A DNA stretch of 50,874 bases from a virus. Shown here one piece after another: positions 14,686 to 25,233 of this stretch. The stretch covers positions 1-50,874 of IMG/VR virus record IMGVR_UViG_3300036783_000164; one strand, written 5' to 3'. The notes beneath the pieces were generated by a model. The model saw nothing but the letters and a program-made list of their open reading frames with translations. It was not told the origin of the DNA and did not search any database. Numbering within the stretch: the first letter of the stretch is position 1; each line of letters opens with the position of its first letter. A program made the position numbers and the translations under genes.

Positions 14686-16512
14686 CTATGGTACATTTAC
14701 TATAATTGTTCCGTCTGTATCGTTTGTAGGCGCCCCTTTTCTAATGCGTAAATTTTTTGCTCCATCTACCCAAAAGTGATAATCGCCCATTTGAAAATGT
14801 TTACCGTTCCAAGTATGATGAATCGTTTTTAGGATTGCATCCACTGCAAATGGACCACCAGATTCTATAGGAGTTAGTAATAATTCCCTGTTTTCATGGT
14901 TAATCCTAAAATCCCATCTCGCTTTTGTTGTTCCATCGCCGTTGTATTTTTCTAATCGTGCAACAGTTCCTTGAGCGTCACTATGATCGAGTCGCAAGAT
15001 AGGGCCTATACTATGCCCTTTTTCTTGAGCTGAACGAGCATAGAATGCTGTTGTTTCACCGTAATTCTCTGTATTTAAAGATAGATTGTTAGCTTTTATT
15101 CTATGAGTAACTCTTCCAGTAATGTCTGTTTCACTAATATTTACAACATTGCTAAGAGATAACTGGCTTTGTATGATAGACGATATTTTCATATACATTG
15201 AAGATATTGTTATGTTATTACCTGTCGCATTGTTCAGTAACTGTAATGCGTGTGATTGTCTTGGATCTGTTGCTCCAAATCGATTTGAGGCAATCCCTTG
15301 TATGTTACAATTTTTTGCTCCATATAGAAGGAAACCTGTCGCCCCAGCGTAAACATTACCAGAAATATATTGCCATCCATTTGTATCGGCGATTAAACCT
15401 GAACCTACTATGTCTTTTCCTTTAAATACAAAACCGTGTTTTGAATTATCTTGAGCTTCACATCCGATTAACCCTATTCTGGTACCACGAATATCAAAAC
15501 CATCACCTTGTTCCTGATCTAATTTTCCGCTAAACCAGGATTTACAGTTTATAAAACGGGAATTACCATCTGTATCAGAAGAAATAATACCTTGTAGACC
15601 CGATTCACCTGCGGACAGCGATTCATACCAGTTATCTTGAGAATCAAGATAGAATCCATTTTTATCACATCTTAAAGTCTGAACAGCTTTAACCTGCGAC
15701 TCACCACGTCCAGTAATTACGAAACCAGTACCTTTAGTCTCATAAATATAAACGTTTTCGATATAATGACGAGCATCATGTTCTCCCACAAGACTATCGT
15801 TATACATTGCCGCTGCATCTCTTGTATTTATAATATATATACCACCAGCTGCATCACTGGTTTGATTCGCTTTATTTCCATCAATCGTTAAATTTTTGAT
15901 TCCAATCATTTGCGACGTATCCTTTTTCAAAGCAATTAACGGAACATTACTCCCTGACTTTTGTTTCAAAATAGATTTTCGTCCAGTGCCTTCCAAAGTT
16001 ACATATGATGGTACTTTTAAATCTGATACAATAAATTTCCCTTCAGGTATAAGAACGCTTCCGCCTTTCCCTTCTAAAGAATCAATCGCAGCTTGAATTG
16101 CAAAAGTATTATCTTCTAATATTACATGTGCACCAAATTTCTTTATGTTTATTGAAATATCAGTTAAAAGGGAATTAATTTCTTTATAATCATCGTCAAT
16201 CCTACGTTTTAATGTAGGCTTTGTTATACCATTAACATTCGTTCTTGCTTGAGCTGCCTCCACAGAAGAGTCACCTTCTACAACCAAAGTATCCAGTTGT
16301 TTTTGCACGCTTTCCGATGTGCTATTTGCACTTATAGCTTGTTCTTTTGCCACGCTAGAGTTATTTACAGCTTGCTCACTCACTTCCTGGATTTTATTAT
16401 GTGACCTTTCTAATTGATCCCAGTTTGAATTCGTATCGTTACGAAAGGTTCTATTTTGTGCTGTATCTCCCAAACGTTTTAACTTAATCGACATGTTTTC
16501 ACCGTCCTTCAT
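14686..16512 (-). CDS. Tail fibre/tailspike with pectate-lyase-like right-handed beta-helix
   Basis: AIQAAIDSLEGKGGSVLIPEGKFIVSDLKVPSYVTLEGTG is typical of the pectate_lyase_3 N-cap. Repetitive G/N-rich beta-helix body. The real start may be MSIKLK at 16494. Confidence 0.75.
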   Translation of the reverse strand: MKDGENMSIKLKRLGDTAQNRTFRNDTNSNWDQLERSHNKIQEVSEQAVNNSSVAKEQAISANSTSESVQKQLDTLVVEGDSSVEAAQARTNVNGITKPTLKRRIDDDYKEINSLLTDISINIKKFGAHVILEDNTFAIQAAIDSLEGKGGSVLIPEGKFIVSDLKVPSYVTLEGTGRKSILKQKSGSNVPLIALKKDTSQMIGIKNLTIDGNKANQTSDAAGGIYIINTRDAAAMYNDSLVGEHDARHYIENVYIYETKGTGFVITGRGESQVKAVQTLRCDKNGFYLDSQDNWYESLSAGESGLQGIISSDTDGNSRFINCKSWFSGKLDQEQGDGFDIRGTRIGLIGCEAQDNSKHGFVFKGKDIVGSGLIADTNGWQYISGNVYAGATGFLLYGAKNCNIQGIASNRFGATDPRQSHALQLLNNATGNNITISSMYMKISSIIQSQLSLSNVVNISETDITGRVTHRIKANNLSLNTENYGETTAFYARSAQEKGHSIGPILRLDHSDAQGTVARLEKYNGDGTTKARWDFRINHENRELLLTPIESGGPFAVDAILKTIHHTWNGKHFQMGDYHFWVDGAKNLRIRKGAPTNDTDGTIIVNVP

Positions 16513-16577
16513 AGAAAAAGAGAACGTAATATACGTCCTCCTGTTTTATACAAAATTCGTTTTTTAATACTTCTCTA

Positions 16578-18200
16578 TTAACCTTCTAACCACACGCGAA
16601 ATACACGCGCGTATGCTTTCTTTCCTTTAACTTTATTTCTCATACGGAAATAAAAACTTTTAAGATCTCCATTAGGAACGCCTAAATCATAAACAAGATC
16701 CACGTCATCGTTTTGTGATGGCGGAGAGGTCTGTGTGGATGAAGCCTTGCTCATAATTTGCTGGCCACTATCAGAAGAAACCATTGCGATTTCGACTTCT
16801 CCGCCCTCTTCAGTGAAAATCTGCGCTTTTAATTTTACGTATCTCGTTTTATGTTCAAAGGTGTAAAAGTGACATTCATCTAAAACATCGTGTGTAGACG
16901 TTAACCACCAACCATCAAAAACAACATTTTCTCCAATATACGGTGGAAAATGACCTGCAATATCAAAACCATACTGTATAGCGCCACCAATAATGGTTGC
17001 AAAACCATCCTCCCTTTCAGCACGAAAAAGACCTCGATGACAATCGACGCCCCCTGCTCCAATATGGACATATCTGTTTGGATCATCTGGGTCTATATAA
17101 TAAATCCCAGTATTATCAGCAAACGTTTCAGTATTCATGTACAAGCGTTTTAAAGCAAGGTTTAAATTCCCACCATCATCTAACAATTGCTGCACTTGTT
17201 TCTGTGTTTGCTGAAACTGTGCTTGAATTGCACTCATCGTTTTAAGTTCTTTAAATGTACTCAATTCAATAATTGGACTCTTGGTCTGATCGGTTGGATC
17301 ATCTTCTATTTCAATGACACGAATCTTCACTTTCACGTCAGCCTTTTCGTAAAACATATAAACGTAATCACCATAATTAAACTTGTGTAATGGTGATAAT
17401 CCATTTTCAATTAAATTAGCAATACTAATTTTAAAACGTGTATCTGGTACGTCATTTATTTCTTTTTTACACGCTTCTAGTAGAGTTTCTTTTGATTTAT
17501 ATCGTTCATCACGAATTGGTTTTTGATGAAGCCTTCCGTACGCCTTAGCCATTGGAGACTCATATTCAACCATGAACTCTTTATCGCTTGCATCTTTTCC
17601 GTATCCTCTAATATAGGTAGCGAAGTTTGCCATATCAGTATCTTCTTCAAATGTTTTTAAGTTATGGCCATAACGGAATTGTGCATCAGTTTCTACACCA
17701 ATTTGATTTTTAAAAGTAACTGTTTTTGTTTTATTATCAATTTGCATTTCAGCTCCATATCTATTCAAAGCCTTCTGTAGTAAAGATGATCTTGTATCGT
17801 CTCCCAAATTTTCGAAAGTTGTTACTGCAAATGCCCCTTGATTAATGTACTTCCAACCTGTCCCATTGAAAATAAAATCCATACATTGTTTAAAATTAGC
17901 GTACCCATTATATAAATCGTATTGCCAATCCATCATATTATCGAAAAAAATGTGAACAGCTGTAACAGATTTTCCATAGTGACCACGTTTGTTTACACCC
18001 AATATTACATATTCATCGCCAAACTTATCTTGTATAATCGCTCTTTCATTCACAAGATTATAGGCATGTGCTACGTTTGGGGTATTTAATAAATAAAAAG
18101 AAAGAGAGTGTTCACCATTCACACGTCTCTTTCTTTTAACTTCTTTATAATCTGTTAGCATTTCAGATTGTCCATTCAATCCTTGTACAACTAACATCAA
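16578..18200 (-). CDS. Tail-associated protein (Tal / prophage tail endopeptidase family)
   Basis: 540 aa, directly after Dit. The N-terminus (VQGLNGQSEMLTDYKEVKRKRRVNGEHSLSF) resembles siphovirus Tal N-terminal domains. Confidence 0.7.
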   Translation of the reverse strand: MMLVVQGLNGQSEMLTDYKEVKRKRRVNGEHSLSFYLLNTPNVAHAYNLVNERAIIQDKFGDEYVILGVNKRGHYGKSVTAVHIFFDNMMDWQYDLYNGYANFKQCMDFIFNGTGWKYINQGAFAVTTFENLGDDTRSSLLQKALNRYGAEMQIDNKTKTVTFKNQIGVETDAQFRYGHNLKTFEEDTDMANFATYIRGYGKDASDKEFMVEYESPMAKAYGRLHQKPIRDERYKSKETLLEACKKEINDVPDTRFKISIANLIENGLSPLHKFNYGDYVYMFYEKADVKVKIRVIEIEDDPTDQTKSPIIELSTFKELKTMSAIQAQFQQTQKQVQQLLDDGGNLNLALKRLYMNTETFADNTGIYYIDPDDPNRYVHIGAGGVDCHRGLFRAEREDGFATIIGGAIQYGFDIAGHFPPYIGENVVFDGWWLTSTHDVLDECHFYTFEHKTRYVKLKAQIFTEEGGEVEIAMVSSDSGQQIMSKASSTQTSPPSQNDDVDLVYDLGVPNGDLKSFYFRMRNKVKGKKAYARVFRVWLEG

Positions 18201-18209
18201 CCCACCTCA

Positions 18210-19052
18210 TTATAAGTAATAAAATCTAAAATCGAATTCTATTTTAAAATCACCTGTCGTACCACTTAAAATAAAATCATTCCAACCGGGATCGAGCCTG
18301 ATTAATCCCCAATTCGTATTTTTAAAAATACTTCCTAGCACATTACGATACGCTTTGACACCATCTAAAGTAATAACATCACGTAATGTTGTCGTGCTAC
18401 CTGTATAGCTCCAAAGGTCACCTGTAGTAACATTTTTTATAGTTAGATTATTAGACTTACCTCTATACTTTATTTTCAAATCCATAAATTTCGGATCAAT
18501 AGTAACATGACCGGCATTGAAAATACGGAAAGATGTTGTGTTATGAATATACTTTGTATCTTCTGCGATCAAACCTTGACCGATTTGCCACATTTCTGAA
18601 TCAAATGTAAAAGGATCTAGTGTTGTCCCAATCGATTCGCAAAATGGAGAGGCTGATTTGAAAACAATATCAAATACCCCGTAAGAACCATTTCCCTTTG
18701 GTTCAACTTCATATCTTGCCGCTACTCTTACCTTCCAACGTTTTCCTGGTTCCCTATTAGTAGTTATATAAAAAGGTTCTTGCGAAGCAAACAAGTGAAA
18801 TATTTCATCCCTAAATAAATAAAAGTCGTAAATATCTCTCGAACGAAAGAATATTCGCGACTTTATACTCTCTTGAGAACCAAAGCTTCCCCCAGGTAAA
18901 TCAAGATCACCATGACGACCAGGTATCTTTTCATATTGTGCATTAAATAAAGGCGAGGAAGGCAAGAACATCAGGACTTTCATGTCTTTATTTGAAGATA
19001 TAATAAACTTTTGTCCATCAGATTTTGTTATCTTTAACGTTTGCTCGCTCAT
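18210..19052 (-). CDS. Distal tail protein (Dit, siphovirus tail component)
   Basis: 280 aa. Overlaps the end of the tape measure gene. Conserved gene order. Confidence 0.7.
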   Translation of the reverse strand: MSEQTLKITKSDGQKFIISSNKDMKVLMFLPSSPLFNAQYEKIPGRHGDLDLPGGSFGSQESIKSRIFFRSRDIYDFYLFRDEIFHLFASQEPFYITTNREPGKRWKVRVAARYEVEPKGNGSYGVFDIVFKSASPFCESIGTTLDPFTFDSEMWQIGQGLIAEDTKYIHNTTSFRIFNAGHVTIDPKFMDLKIKYRGKSNNLTIKNVTTGDLWSYTGSTTTLRDVITLDGVKAYRNVLGSIFKNTNWGLIRLDPGWNDFILSGTTGDFKIEFDFRFYYL

Positions 19053-22000
19053 ACTTTCACCCCTTGTACAAATAAACTAGTACTATATTGATTTCCTTGT
19101 AATAGATCCAATGGAGATAATAAAACTTCTGCTAGTTCCCTATCATTAATAATAATTTGCAATGGTTTTTTTTGAGCTAATTCATAATTAGTTGGTGTAT
19201 ATGATTTGTTTGAAGGACTTGAAATTGTCGAGAAACTCGGAATATTATTGTCTACATCAGATGATTGGTTTAAAACATATTTAATGCCCTTGCTTAAATT
19301 CACGCTACTAGGAATACTTTCATTAAATGTACTCATTATGTTTGAAAAAGAATCTTGATTAAACCCTTTTTGTAACGAGTCGTAGGCTGAATAAGCTAAA
19401 TTCCTACTCGCTTTTTCTACACTTCTCGTACTTTGAGAAATACCAACTTCAAAACCTTCGCCGAACGGTTTCCCTGCTCCATCTCTTACTAATCTAGATG
19501 GAGAGTTAATATTTAGTGTAGCTTTCATCGCCTCAAAGGCCCCTTGTGCTAATCCAGATGCTACTCTAGAAATATACGAACCTTTGCTATCCATCCCTGA
19601 GGCAAATCCTTCTGCAAAGCTTCCACCTACACTGTTCGCACTTACGCTTCCTAAGCCAGACTTTCCAGACTCAGCTACGTTTTTACCACTTGCGCTAGCT
19701 TGCCCTTTTGTATTTTCAAGTCCTTGTGCAAATTCACTACCGCCCTTTTGACCAGGTGGGTTACCGTTGATAGTATTAAATCCACCATGAGCCGAAGATA
19801 CTGCTTCAAGTGCACTACCTCTAATGACACCATTTTGATTAACAATACCACTCGCAACACCTTGTCCACCTTGATTACCAGCTGGATTACCATCAATTGT
19901 ATTAAATGAGCTGTGAGCACTAGCAACAACTTGCAAAGCACTCCCTCTAATATAGCCATCTTGACTTATAATCCCTTGACCTAATTCACTACCGCTTTTA
20001 CTACCGCCGCCACCATCAGTGGTACTTCCCATAATTCCTTGCACGGCTTGTTTCTTTCCTGTCGCCGCATTTTCTGGAGCTGTATTATTAGTAATACCAT
20101 TAGCTTGTGTTTGACTTATATCAAATCCAACTTGGGTTAAATCTAACTTTGCACCATTTTGAATTAATGCAGCAATAGCTTTAGCCGCTACTTCAGCGTT
20201 GATTGAACCATTTTGCATTCCTTGAACAAGCGTCTGCACATTAAATTGTCCTGCTGCTCCAAGGTCAACTTGAACATTACTTTTAATATCTAACCCCATA
20301 GTCTGTGCGACCTGAGGTAAAGATAACGCTCCAATCTGCATTCCATTAATTAATGTTTGAATGTTGTTTTGTCCCTCTTGTGTAGCATCAACTTTCACAC
20401 CATTTTTAACATTCTGTTGGAAGAACTGAAATACCGTATCAAAAGATAATGTCCCGTTTTGAAGTCCTGTTATCCACGAATCCATTGTCATTTTTCCGTA
20501 GATTCCAAGATCGATAGTTGTATCACCTTGCATATTCTTGTTTAGAAATTCTCTTACTTGACTGGTATCTTTCGTTTTAATACCATCAATCCATTTTTGC
20601 ATGGATTCAATACCACTTTGAGAAAGATCTACTTTATAAACATCTTTTAATTTATTAACATTTGCAGTTGCTACTGCGTTACTATCTATTTCGCCTTTTT
20701 TCATCTTGTCTAGGAAAGTATCTATTGTGAATTGTCCTGCTGGTCCTAAATCAATTTTCATCTTCCCATCAATTTCTCTTGCCATAGATTCAGCCAATAG
20801 GCGAGAAGATTCTGTTCCTTTCTGCAACTCTCCAACATACATTCCTATACTTTCAATCTTTGAATTACCATATTGTAATTCAAATGCTAACAATTTATCT
20901 TTATGCTCTTTTTCAGCTTTTTCTTGTTCACTATTGAAACGATTTGAAACCTCTTCATATGTTTCTTTTCCGAAAAGATAGGCTTTTGTTTTCTCTGCCC
21001 ATCCTTTCTTTTCTGCTTCAATTTTATTAGCATTTGCAAATACAAGCGAGGCATCTTCGGCCTTTAAATGTTCCTCTAACTTTTTAAATCCATCACCGCG
21101 TATGGTTTGTAAATCTGATACATGTTTCGCTTCATACAAAGCGATTGCATCTAATGTAGCTTTCCGTTCTTCAGGTTTTATTTCGCCCATTTTGAAAGCT
21201 TTTTCTACATTTTCACGCCAACCTTTAGTTTGCTTTTCTAACGATTTAACACCATCATCATAAACCTTTATAATACTTTCGAATCGTTTTCTACCTGCAT
21301 CTACTGATAACATGCCACCTGATTCGATTTCTTTTGAAATGGATGTGATTTCTTTTGCTTTTGAATAAAATTGTTGAACATTTTTATCTGCTACCTGTAA
21401 AGCTTGGTCAAACTTTTGGGCAAAGTCTTTCGGCATTTTCATGGTATCTCCTTGATACCTTTTTATGCCTTCTTCTAAAATTGTTTCAGCCTTCGTGGCT
21501 ACTTCAATTTCTTTATTAATAGATTCAATTACATTATTTTTTACTTGTTCTAATGTTTTTTGAGCACCTTCTGGAACAGAACCCATTAACTGGCTAAACA
21601 TTTTATTAAATTCGCTTTTCTTTCCCTCTAATTCTTTGATGACTTCATTCGTCATACGTTGGAAAGCCTTGATAGTTTCATCAGCAGCTTTATTTGCTTC
21701 TGCGCCTGTTTTTAATTTTAGATCAATCATGCTATTAATTGCTTTATCTTTTAAATCTATATACGCGCCTGCAGCTTGTCTTGTACCTTCGCTTACTCTT
21801 CCACCGAATTTAGAAGTCTCTTCGCTTGCCTTTTGTGATTCATTAATAAAATATCCGATAGCTGCTGTTGCTCCGGCTATACCTAATACCGTTAAACCAA
21901 CTGGTCCTGTTAATGCAGCAAATGCCGTCCCTAATATCGCTACAACTCCACCAGCACTTGCGATAGAAGTTGTTAATATACCAACACCAGCTATAACTCC

Positions 22001-24043
22001 GCCTATCCCTGCTAATATCGTAGCTCCAACTGCTGCTATAGCTGTAAGTCCGAATATCACTCCGGCACTAATAGAAATGAACTTTTGTACACTAGGTGAT
22101 AGATTATTAAACCCATCTACCAGAAATTGAAGACCACCAACCATTGTGCTAACAACTGGCATTAAAGCATCGCCAATCGTCTTTTTCATAGTATCGAATG
22201 CACCACCTAATTGTTCAATGCGCCCCTTCATTGTGTTCATCTTCGTTTCAGCTGTCTCCAAGGCTGTAGTTTTAGACATCTCGCTGTACATGTTATTTAC
22301 GCCTTTAGCGCCTTCATTGAACAGAATTGTGGCTCCACGAACTGCATCAGAACCAAATAATGTTTCAAGCGCCATACTACGCTGTTGATCCGTTAAATCT
22401 TTCATAGATTCATTAAGAGTTCCGGAGATGTTTTCTAAACTTTCTATATGACCTTCTTGATCATAGAATTTAGATGATAGAAAAGCTGAACTCGTTGCTA
22501 GTTCACGGAAGGTCGTATCACATTTATCATTCCATTTTGTTACGCCTTCTGTTTTCATTACATATTTTTCTAAAGCAACCTCTATATCCCCCACGTTTCT
22601 GGAAGCTGGTTGAATACCGTTTCTTACTAAGAAATCAAATCCGGCTTGTGCATTATATGTGATTAAACCTAAATCCTTCATCTTATTGTAAGCTTCTTTA
22701 GTTGATGGATTTAATCTCATAAGCATAGTTTTCAATGAAGTACCTGCATCAGAACCTTTTAACCCATTCTGAGCAAATACAGCTAAAGCTGTTGCAGTAT
22801 CTTTAAATGTCATACCTGCCCCAGCTGCAACTGCTGCGGAAGCTGAAAGACCATACTTTAATTCATGCACATCAGTAGCCGAGGCATTAGCTGCACCTGC
22901 AAGTAAGTTTGCGGCATCGGTAACACTCAATCCATCCTTTTTAAATGCATTTAGAGCAGTTGAAGCAATTTCAGCAGCTTCACCAAGTTCTAGTTCTCCT
23001 GCTGAAGCTAAATTTAGCGCCCCTTCAAGCCCGCCATTTATAATATCAGTTAGCGAAACCCCCGCTTTTATTAATTCTTCAATCCCTTTTCCAGCTTCTA
23101 CTGATGAATATTTGGTGTCTTCACCATACTTAACTGCCAGTTTAGATAGAGTCTCCATTTCAGTTCCAGTTGCGCCTGATACAGCTTTTATGTTAGCCAT
23201 CTGTTGTTCAAAATTCATTGATTCCTGAACAGCAGATTTCAATCCGCGCCCCATTGCATAAGCCATACCGCCAAATACTAATCCAATTTGCATACCAGCA
23301 TTTTGCAAATTGTTCCCCATTGTTTCCAGATGTCTACCGGTATTCATCATTCTATTACTTTGTTCATCGAGATGCCTGTTCGCTTGTTGTAGTTCTGTCT
23401 CGAATCTATTTAATTCAGTGGTTGCCCGATGCAATTGTTCCGCATACCGTTGCGTAGATTGACTAGTGGCTCCTTCAGCTTGTTGTGAACGATTGTAGGC
23501 ATCACTTAACTGCTGTACTTTCTGTCTCTGGGTATCAACCATTCTATTTAAAACGTCAACCTTCGCATGTGCTTGTTCGGATCTATTCGCAAATCCACCC
23601 ATACCTGTACTTACCGATTGAAGTTCAGCTTGTAATGCCTTCATCGTATTAGAAAGCTTATCAATACCCTTTTGATCTGCTTGCCTGTTTACTTGTTTCA
23701 ATTCATTTTCAAATCTATTTAAATCAGCTACGGCTCGGTTGACCTGCGCTGCATATCTCTGAGTAGCTGCATCATTTTCACCAAGTTTAGCTTTGTTTTG
23801 ATCATAAGCCGCTCTTAAACTTTTAACTTTTTCTTTTTGAGCCTCAATAATACGATTTAGTACATCAACCTTCGCTCTTGCCTGTTCGTTTGCATTTGCA
23901 AATCCGCCCATGCCTGTGCTTACTGATTTCAATTCATTTTGCAATGTTTTTACCGCACGACCAGAAGTAGCAATGCCTTGTCGAAAATCAACGTTATCTA
24001 AGGAAAGCCTTACGACTAAATTGTTTATTTCATTCGCCAACAC
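19049..24043 (-). CDS. Tape measure protein
   Basis: 1664 aa. Coiled-coil N-terminus with a tandem ~100-aa duplication (SVSTGMGGFAN...RFE(N/T)EL), a G/A-rich hydrophobic centre and repeated C-terminal units. GTG start after AAGGAGG. Confidence 0.9.
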   Translation of the reverse strand: MLANEINNLVVRLSLDNVDFRQGIATSGRAVKTLQNELKSVSTGMGGFANANEQARAKVDVLNRIIEAQKEKVKSLRAAYDQNKAKLGENDAATQRYAAQVNRAVADLNRFENELKQVNRQADQKGIDKLSNTMKALQAELQSVSTGMGGFANRSEQAHAKVDVLNRMVDTQRQKVQQLSDAYNRSQQAEGATSQSTQRYAEQLHRATTELNRFETELQQANRHLDEQSNRMMNTGRHLETMGNNLQNAGMQIGLVFGGMAYAMGRGLKSAVQESMNFEQQMANIKAVSGATGTEMETLSKLAVKYGEDTKYSSVEAGKGIEELIKAGVSLTDIINGGLEGALNLASAGELELGEAAEIASTALNAFKKDGLSVTDAANLLAGAANASATDVHELKYGLSASAAVAAGAGMTFKDTATALAVFAQNGLKGSDAGTSLKTMLMRLNPSTKEAYNKMKDLGLITYNAQAGFDFLVRNGIQPASRNVGDIEVALEKYVMKTEGVTKWNDKCDTTFRELATSSAFLSSKFYDQEGHIESLENISGTLNESMKDLTDQQRSMALETLFGSDAVRGATILFNEGAKGVNNMYSEMSKTTALETAETKMNTMKGRIEQLGGAFDTMKKTIGDALMPVVSTMVGGLQFLVDGFNNLSPSVQKFISISAGVIFGLTAIAAVGATILAGIGGVIAGVGILTTSIASAGGVVAILGTAFAALTGPVGLTVLGIAGATAAIGYFINESQKASEETSKFGGRVSEGTRQAAGAYIDLKDKAINSMIDLKLKTGAEANKAADETIKAFQRMTNEVIKELEGKKSEFNKMFSQLMGSVPEGAQKTLEQVKNNVIESINKEIEVATKAETILEEGIKRYQGDTMKMPKDFAQKFDQALQVADKNVQQFYSKAKEITSISKEIESGGMLSVDAGRKRFESIIKVYDDGVKSLEKQTKGWRENVEKAFKMGEIKPEERKATLDAIALYEAKHVSDLQTIRGDGFKKLEEHLKAEDASLVFANANKIEAEKKGWAEKTKAYLFGKETYEEVSNRFNSEQEKAEKEHKDKLLAFELQYGNSKIESIGMYVGELQKGTESSRLLAESMAREIDGKMKIDLGPAGQFTIDTFLDKMKKGEIDSNAVATANVNKLKDVYKVDLSQSGIESMQKWIDGIKTKDTSQVREFLNKNMQGDTTIDLGIYGKMTMDSWITGLQNGTLSFDTVFQFFQQNVKNGVKVDATQEGQNNIQTLINGMQIGALSLPQVAQTMGLDIKSNVQVDLGAAGQFNVQTLVQGMQNGSINAEVAAKAIAALIQNGAKLDLTQVGFDISQTQANGITNNTAPENAATGKKQAVQGIMGSTTDGGGGSKSGSELGQGIISQDGYIRGSALQVVASAHSSFNTIDGNPAGNQGGQGVASGIVNQNGVIRGSALEAVSSAHGGFNTINGNPPGQKGGSEFAQGLENTKGQASASGKNVAESGKSGLGSVSANSVGGSFAEGFASGMDSKGSYISRVASGLAQGAFEAMKATLNINSPSRLVRDGAGKPFGEGFEVGISQSTRSVEKASRNLAYSAYDSLQKGFNQDSFSNIMSTFNESIPSSVNLSKGIKYVLNQSSDVDNNIPSFSTISSPSNKSYTPTNYELAQKKPLQIIINDRELAEVLLSPLDLLQGNQYSTSLFVQGVKV

Positions 24044-24052
24044 CTCACCTCC

Positions 24053-24244
24053 TTAAAATATCTGGTCGATGTATGCGAATTGTTTTTCTGTTTGCTTATT
24101 CGCTTTCTTTCTTACCAGGCGCAAATAATATATGATGTCCATTTCATCTATTTCATTTAACTTATAGCCCTGCTCCATTAAGGAGAGATACATATCTTCA
24201 AAGAAGTCTTTTAAAGTTGTAGTCTCTCCGCTTATTCGTTTGGG
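24053..24244 (-). CDS. Tail assembly chaperone -1 frameshift extension (gpT-like)
   Basis: The -1 frame opens exactly at the slippery heptamer C-CCA-AAC (24238-24244). It reads PKRISGETTTLKDFFEDMYLSLMEQGYKLNEIDEMDIIYYLRLV...QIF and stops at 24053. Confidence 0.7.
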   Translation of the reverse strand, partial: PKRISGETTTLKDFFEDMYLSLMEQGYKLNEIDEMDIIYYLRLVRKKANKQTEKQFAYIDQIF

Positions 24245-24579
24245 TCAATATCTTCTTCACTTTCGTTTGCCCCTATAGCCTCGACTACACCAGTTGTGAT
24301 GTATTTGAAGAATGCTGCAATTGTTTTATACATAAAACGCGTATCAATTCCGTCTAAAAATTCATCTGTAGTAAATTGTTTTCCGAACCCTCTACAAACA
24401 AAATCAATTAAGATGTCTAAAACTTCCGTTTGCGTTTCTTCAAAGTCAATTTGTTGGCTTCTTAGGTATTTTTCTTCTAAATCAGCACCTTCACGTCCAA
24501 TTCGACCTGAAATGAAGCTAGGTGAGTAAAACGCCTTTTCTTTTCCATCTATAAATAATACGACTTTCATTTTTTGCAT
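24232..24579 (-). CDS. Tail assembly chaperone (gpG-like)
   Basis: 115 aa, acidic. Located between the major tail protein and the tape measure gene. Confidence 0.75.
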   Translation of the reverse strand: MQKMKVVLFIDGKEKAFYSPSFISGRIGREGADLEEKYLRSQQIDFEETQTEVLDILIDFVCRGFGKQFTTDEFLDGIDTRFMYKTIAAFFKYITTGVVEAIGANESEEDIDPNE

Positions 24580-24635
24580 TTTGTATGACTCCTTCCGGTT
24601 ATAAGAAAATAAAAAAAGAGGGGGAATTCCCCTCT

Positions 24636-25232
24636 TTAAGCTTTAGGTGCTGATGTGCCACCTGCAGTTGCGTTAGGATTAAAGACATCTTTAAACCAAT
24701 TAGCACCTGTTTCTGGTTTGAAATCCGTCTCATCTTCATCACCTGTATATTGCCAATCACCAGTTGCGTCTACTTTAATGAAAGAACCTTTGATTTTTGG
24801 AGTTTGGAAATTAACCTTGTCGCCTTTTGTTTCATAGTTCTCCTCTAACAGTTCAAATCGACCTTTTAATAACCACATAAAACGATATTTTCCATTTGAT
24901 TTTAATGCCTTGAATCCAATTGCTACATAAGGTGCAATGTCCGAAGCGTTTTTAATCAAAACTCCATTTTTAACTGTATGACCTAGTAAATCAGCTTGTA
25001 CAGCTAGCGGAATATCTTTAACTTCAAACTCTACTTCTGTTTCACCAAGAGCTGATACTGTATCAGCTGCTCCGTCATCTGCATATAAAGTCTCTGATGA
25101 GCTCTTAGGTTTGATTGAAGCATTAATTGCACCAATAATCTTTTTTACTGCATCATAGGAAACTCCTGTTTCATCATCATTTTTTAATTTCGCATAAGTT
25201 AAATCCTTTAAACCAATTAAAGTTCCTGCCAT
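24636..25232 (-). CDS. Major tail protein
   Basis: 198 aa. Position and composition are typical of phi13/TP901-type major tail proteins. Confidence 0.75.
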   Translation of the reverse strand: MAGTLIGLKDLTYAKLKNDDETGVSYDAVKKIIGAINASIKPKSSSETLYADDGAADTVSALGETEVEFEVKDIPLAVQADLLGHTVKNGVLIKNASDIAPYVAIGFKALKSNGKYRFMWLLKGRFELLEENYETKGDKVNFQTPKIKGSFIKVDATGDWQYTGDEDETDFKPETGANWFKDVFNPNATAGGTSAPKA

Positions 25233-25233
25233 A

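Noticed and set aside
19675-23457. Several ORFs inside or antisense to the tape measure gene (19675-19959, 19700-19909, 20706-20981, 21636-22130, 22146-22388, 22474-22662, 23218-23457)
   Set aside because: These are shadow ORFs within a long, well-supported 1664-aa gene, with no independent translation signals.
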